Of a DNA stretch of 64,000 nt, positions 58,480 to 64,000 are shown piece after piece. How positions within the stretch are numbered: the first letter of the stretch is position 1; each line of letters starts with the position of its first letter. The position numbers were made by a program, and so were the translations under genes. The notes beneath the pieces were generated by a model. It was given only the letters and a program-made list of their open reading frames with translations, was not told the DNA's origin and ran no database searches. The DNA is from Callorhinchus milii (Eukaryota), in NCBI RefSeq assembly GCF_018977255.1, contig NW_024704746.1, positions 21,576,001 to 21,640,000 on the forward strand, written 5' to 3'.

Positions 58480-60027
58480 AAGTCATCACGGAGAACTTAA
58501 TTTGCAAATGCAAGAGAAGTCACCATCTATTAAACCACTTGTATTTTTCCTGGCCACTGGACTTAGCTGCCACTTTGTTTTTCTTGTCTTTCCTTTCTTT
58601 GGTCCCAATTTTTTCCCCTGTCCTTGGCAAATGGTCTTTTTCTTTCTATTTTTGGTGTGTTCCTTTCTAAAACTATAAACTTAATATGTTAACATATCTA
58701 AAATTGCATTTGACAATTAACTTCAGTGTGTATGCATGTTAATGCTGGTTATCACATTGAGTAGTTTGAGTCTGGTATTTATTCAAAGGGTAGAATTCCA
58801 GACTTTTTGCAGAAAATAATTCAAATGGGTAATGGCCTTTAGGCAGCAGTCACAAAGAGATAATGATAAAGTTCCTTTCTCAGAAGTTCTGCTTAGCCTT
58901 GTTTGGTGATTGGATTGGAAGGGAAGGATTTGGGGAAAAAGAAAGACCATATATTTGAAAATGACAAATGGGGAGAATGCATTTGGCACACACAAACTCC
59001 ACTGACGTCAAAGCAGGAAAATTTAACATTCCAATTTTTTTGTCTAGTCAATTGCCTTCAGTCTCAATGTTTTACTTAATTACTAATTCATGTTTTTGAG
59101 TATTTTTGAATCAGCTAAAAAGTGTTGGAAAATGAATTTATAAAATGGCCCTTTACTCCTCAGAAATTGGAATAATTGTAAATTTCAGTCAGTGAGTTAT
59201 GTTGCTATCTGAACACACAATGAATGTTACCTGCTATGAAGGCCAGTCAGTTATTTTTTTCTAATAGGCTCCAGGGCTTTTGATGCAGTGAGTATTTCCA
59301 GTATTAGAAAGCATGCAACGCATCCTTCCCATTCAGTTCTGACACAATACACACTGGAAATTGGAGGAGCTTCTTGAGCATACTGGTTTTGTTTCTTTTT
59401 AAATTCCTTGTTCATCTGTATTAAGATGGAAGACCTATGCACTTTCATGTTGGACAAATTCCGTATATCTTTGTACAACTCCACTGCTTTCCCAGGCGAG
59501 TGAACCAATCACACAAGCTATGAAAACAACTGAAATCTGTTTTTCTTAAAATTCTAAACTGTCTTGGTGAGTTTCATTGCTGAGTTTATAAACGTAATAT
59601 GACCCTGTACATTTCTCACTGTCTGCAGTTCTTAAAAAAAAGTATGAAGTCAGGCAATTTTTTTTATAATATAAACATATAAACATTCTAACATGAGAAG
59701 AGAAATGTAATTTTGAGGGAAAATATTTGATATTAGCGCTTACAGTATTTTGTCAGGATATTTTAAATTCTGAATATCTGAATCATCCCTTTTCGATACT
59801 AGACCATCTCAAGTACCGAAATGTATGTATTTAATGTAAACCCTAGCTGCTGAAGAGCTTTTTTCAATCTACCATTAGATCGTTGCTGCTCTTCCAAAGA
59901 AAGAAAAAAAATGTTAATATTTTCTTGTCTGCATCCTCCCATCCATGAGAAGTATACTATTAAAAGTAATAGGACTGGGATTACTTAAAATGAATATGTT
60001 GTAATGTTGCCCTTTGTCACATTTGAT

Positions 60028-60033
60028 AATAAA
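60028..60033 (+). terminator. Likely distal KIF2C polyadenylation signal (proximal ATTAAA at 58529-58534)
   Basis: AATAAA followed by a T/GT-rich tract, closing an AT-rich stretch of about 1.5 kb after the stop. Confidence 0.5.
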
Positions 60034-61264
60034 TTAAACTCAAACTTGATCACAGCTTTTGTATTTTACTGTAACGTTTAAAAAAAAACTTGTAACAAAC
60101 CATCCGAGCAGTGAGGATCAATCAGCATATGAGTGAAACTTATCGGGTAAGTCTGTCTCTAGGCCTATTTTAGCACCTACCCCCTCGTTCAGTAATTGTT
60201 GTCTTTTTCTCAAACAAAAGATAAATGGTTTATTTTCCATAAATTGTTTGTATGCAGTATAAAACAAATGTAATTCTTATAATCATCGATGCAACTGGGA
60301 CTGTTAACGAGACTTCAGAAATGGCTTGACATTATACCTGGTAAACAAAATATCAACCTCCAGCAAAAAAAACAGCTATTTTAGGAAACTCGGACATACT
60401 AAGGAAAGTAACACCCATTCATATACAATATGTTGTGTTGTTCTGGCTTACCCATCACTGAAAAACTCTGCTTAATGTTCTTTGGGGCGTGATTACACAC
60501 TATACCAAATGCAAATATTATTTTAATTAGGAGATAAAAGACAATCTAATCAACAAAAGCATAAATTAGCAACTCAGTCTTAAACTTAGAGCCATTGGCT
60601 TAAAATTTAAGCTTGTGCAGAATTTTGGAACTGCTTTAGTCTCAGTTTGAAACCCAGTTTACTGCCGTTCTTAAAAAGAAAATCAACATTCAGTACATTA
60701 CCTCCATCAAATTCAGGGAATTTTACCACTGTAGTTAACCGAACCAAAACAAACTAAAACCTGAAGTGAGGGTAATAATGGGAATCAATCTAAGGACAGA
60801 AAGAAGCAATCTGAATGCCAGGATTACACGGGTGAAAACTTGGGCTAAAGGCAAGATGTGAGGTGACACCTGCAGCCAGAGGCGGCTGAGTCACTGAGTG
60901 ACTTGGTCAGAGGGATGATGATGTAATTGCATCATTGATTGTAAACAGAGGCAATGCAATGCAGCCGGTAACTGACGAGATATTTTACCAAATGGCAATG
61001 TCCCTTTACATGTTTAACAAGGTAAGCATTTTTAACAAAGTAAGTATTGACTGTTTGGAGCGTTCACCATGTTGGTAACAGTGATCTGCATTGGGAAGAG
61101 ATCCTCCTGACGTGAAAGGCGCTATATACAAATGTAATTTTGTGTTGTACTGTAATTACTTTTCAGAACTCAGTCCTGTTCTGTACTTATATTTAAACTG
61201 TACTCAAATTAATTAAATGAGCGACATCCTGGCTCATTTTAGTAAAACAGTTGGTGTTGCATTC

Positions 61265-62115
61265 AATGTATCTCAAGTCCTGGATGAGGGCAAATTTCCT
61301 ACAGTTGAATGTGAGCAAGACTGAGGCCCTCCTGATTGGCTCACGCCAGCGCCTCAGCCCCTCAGGCTCTGGCAGCATCAACCTCCATGGTTGCTCACTA
61401 CAACTCACCAACCAGTCAGGAACCTGGGGGTCTTGTTCGATCCTCAACTGTCTTTTCTCCCCCACATCCCAGCCATGACCCGCTCTGCCTTCCCTCACCT
61501 CCGTAACATCTCCCGACTCTGCCACAACCTCAACCCTCAGGCCACTGAAACTCTTGTTCATGCCTTCATCACCTCCAGACTCGACTATGCAAACGCTCTG
61601 CTTGTCGGCCTTCCCAACTCCTCCCTCCACCGGCTGTGGATAATCCAGAACTCTGCAGCCCGTGTCCTCTCCCGCACCAAACTCCCATCACCCCATCTCT
61701 CCCACTCTCGCCCGACTCCATTGGCTCCTTATCCTTCAGAGAATCCAGTTCAAGATCCTGCTCCTCACCAACAAACCCTCCATGGCCTCGCCCCACCCTA
61801 CCTCTGTGACCTCCTAACCCCTACCAACCCGCCCGCTCCCTCTGCTCAGCCGGGTCTGGCTGCTCCACGTCCCCGACCCACCGTTGGCGGGAGAGCCTTC
61901 AGCCACTCTGCCCCCAACCTCTGGAATTCCATCCACCAATCGCTCCGCCTCGTCCCCTCCTTAAAAGTCCCACCTCAATACCCTCCTCTTCGACCATGCC
62001 ATCGGCCATCCCCCTTCCCCTCCCGCGGCTCGGGTCTGAAATGCTGTACACTGTCCAGCACCTTGGGGCGTCTTCCCGACTTGAAAGGCACAATACAAAT
62101 GTATTCTTGATGTTG
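61265..62115 (+). mobile_element. 5'-truncated L2-clade LINE (reverse transcriptase C-terminus, frameshifted)
   Basis: WMRANFLQLNVSKTEALLIG, VRNLGVLFDPQLSF, ETLVHAFITSRLDYANALLVGLP, IQNSAARVL, VGGRAFSHSAPNLWNS. Confidence 0.93.
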
Positions 62116-62429
62116 TATCTCAGTATTTGTCTGTCAAACGTCTTTGAGAACTTCACCATATTTATCCTTCAGTTTCTAAATCTGGATTATATCTCACCAT
62201 TATTTGTTTTAGAAAAGCATACTTCATTGTGCATGGGCGGTATTGAATTTTGTTGTGGGATAAGAGAATTATGAAGACCTTTCCCTCCAGAGGTTATTAT
62301 ACAGATGGAATGGAGTTAACAATAGGGTACTTTTTTTTCCCCAAAAAATTCAGTTTTCATTAATTGCACTTGACCATTGAAGTGGATGGTAAATGTGCAC
62401 AGAAAAAGTTGAGAAATGTTGAATTCAAT

Positions 62430-62610
62430 TGCAGAGGGCAAGATAAATGGGTCAAGGATACGAGTTCCAGAGGTTAGACATAGAATAGCTGAAAGTTCGG
62501 CCAGTGATGGTGATTCAGAGAGGGGTGGGAAGAGTCGTGCAGGAGGCACGAGTAGAAGGGGTGAACATAAGTGGAGTGGGAGGGGGTCACAGAGATGGGG
62601 AACTTTCAGT
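62430..62610 (-). mobile_element. Old L2 3' fragment
   Basis: Reverse complement contains degenerate CACCATCACTGGCCGAACTTTCAGC...CCTCTGGAACTC tail motifs. Confidence 0.55.
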
Positions 62611-64000
62611 TCACAGGTGATCAGTACAACAATAATCTGACATTTCTCACCCCCCCCCACAACACTGATCCCAGAAGAAAAGACGACACAGCTTTTTTGA
62701 CCGGATTGTGCTTACTGTTTGTTTCCTTCTTTACAGGAACGATCACTAGAAACTGAAAATCCCTCTGTAAACTGGCCAGCCAGGTTTGGCCCCTGCCAAC
62801 GAGAAACAAAACACGGAAAGAGCAGACATTAGCTCTGCAAAATGGGCTTTCTGGGCACTCAGAGCGACCACAAACTGAGGAACCAAACCCACTGCATAAA
62901 GGTAGGGCCAGTAATCCTGCTCAGGCTCTGCTTGGTCTCAGACCGGTTTTGTTGAGGAGTTAAGATTGAAATATTTCAATTTCAAGCTCCTTTTTAACTA
63001 AAAAATGGCCAAATTGCTCGCAAAGAGATGTGTGTGGGTTCACAGCAGACCAACCCCTGCAAACGGTTTCAAGCTGATTTCAGACACATTGAGATGAATT
63101 GGTGGCCTGAATTCTTGTCTCTCACCAGCACTCAGGTGGTGCACTCACTACTCACTGAACTCTCCACTCCCCTTGCTATCCATTCTAATGACTGTTTTGT
63201 TTGAGACAAATAGCATTGGAGGCAGCATCTAACAAGTACAACAAATACATGCATGTTGAAAAATGATAATGGCATAACTACATTTATACGACTGCCATCA
63301 CCCACCAAGGAGGAAAACAGAATGAACCCTTTATTCTTCCACAGTTGTTATTCCTCTCAACAGCACCAAGACAACAAAACACGCACACAAAATGCATTAA
63401 AACAATACGAGACGTCACTGTTTATTTCAATCAAGCTGGACACTTAGCTTGGAAGAGGGAGGGTGTTGAAAGCTGCTCAGGTTCAGCAATCGTACACAGA
63501 GTGATGAATAGATGGAGGCAGCCCAGTGTTTAACTGACTGAGGTATATGACTTGCATTTGTACGTGCATTTGGTAGCTAAGTAGGCTATATGAGCCAATG
63601 ACAACTGTCTCATAGACAGGAATCTCCCAAAGTGGCTGAAAGCGCCATCTGAAGACAATGCAATGGGGATATTAGTGCAATGTAGCACTACATAGTGCAA
63701 TTCAGCAAGCAGGATTCAGCCAAAGGATGGGTAAGTTGCTGTTCCAATTGTTGTGTTCTCCACTCTCTGCTCTGGTGGCAAAACTTTTCAGATGGAGCAT
63801 GAGAACCTGGGTCACTGATTAAAATAGGGGCGGGATGTCTGATAAGCAAGACACCACCTATTTTGAAGTGCATTTCGATGTCCAGGAGTGAAATTTCTCC
63901 CATCACGGGTTCTGGAAATTGCTCTGATCACATCTTCCAGCCCCTCTCGATCAGAAATAAGCCTGCAAGAGATGCTCTAACTAGGAATGAGTGCAGTACT

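Noticed and set aside
59251-59508. Minus-strand 85-aa ORF overlapping the KIF2C 3' UTR
   Set aside because: No recognisable homology, non-ATG start and no convincing exon chain.
61391-62110. 239-aa ORF, the longest in the track
   Set aside because: Frameshifted L2 reverse transcriptase remnant, not a host gene.

Overview
Vertebrate genomic DNA, probably a cartilaginous fish. That is an inference from the dominant tRNA-headed SINE with a Deu-like core and (ATT)n tail, plus L2/CR1 LINE fragments, which resemble those described for chimaeras such as Callorhinchus. Positions 1-27 kb are mostly repeat-rich non-coding DNA with one or two candidate minus-strand exons. Three plus-strand, CpG-island-headed units follow. 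(1) An intact 6-exon RPS8 gene (28380-33571) hosting SNORD55 and SNORD38. (2) An apparently non-coding snoRNA host gene (about 36265-42221) assembled from scrambled, decayed RPS8 duplicates; its introns carry intact snoRNAs one per intron (SNORD55 x2, an H/ACA RNA, SNORD38 x2, SNORD46). (3) A 20-exon kinesin-13 gene, KIF2C (43744-58479). The most interesting signals are the RPS8-derived host gene and a two-copy box H/ACA RNA I cannot assign to a known family. Both of its pockets appear to match 18S rRNA sites that I do not recall as pseudouridylated in human.
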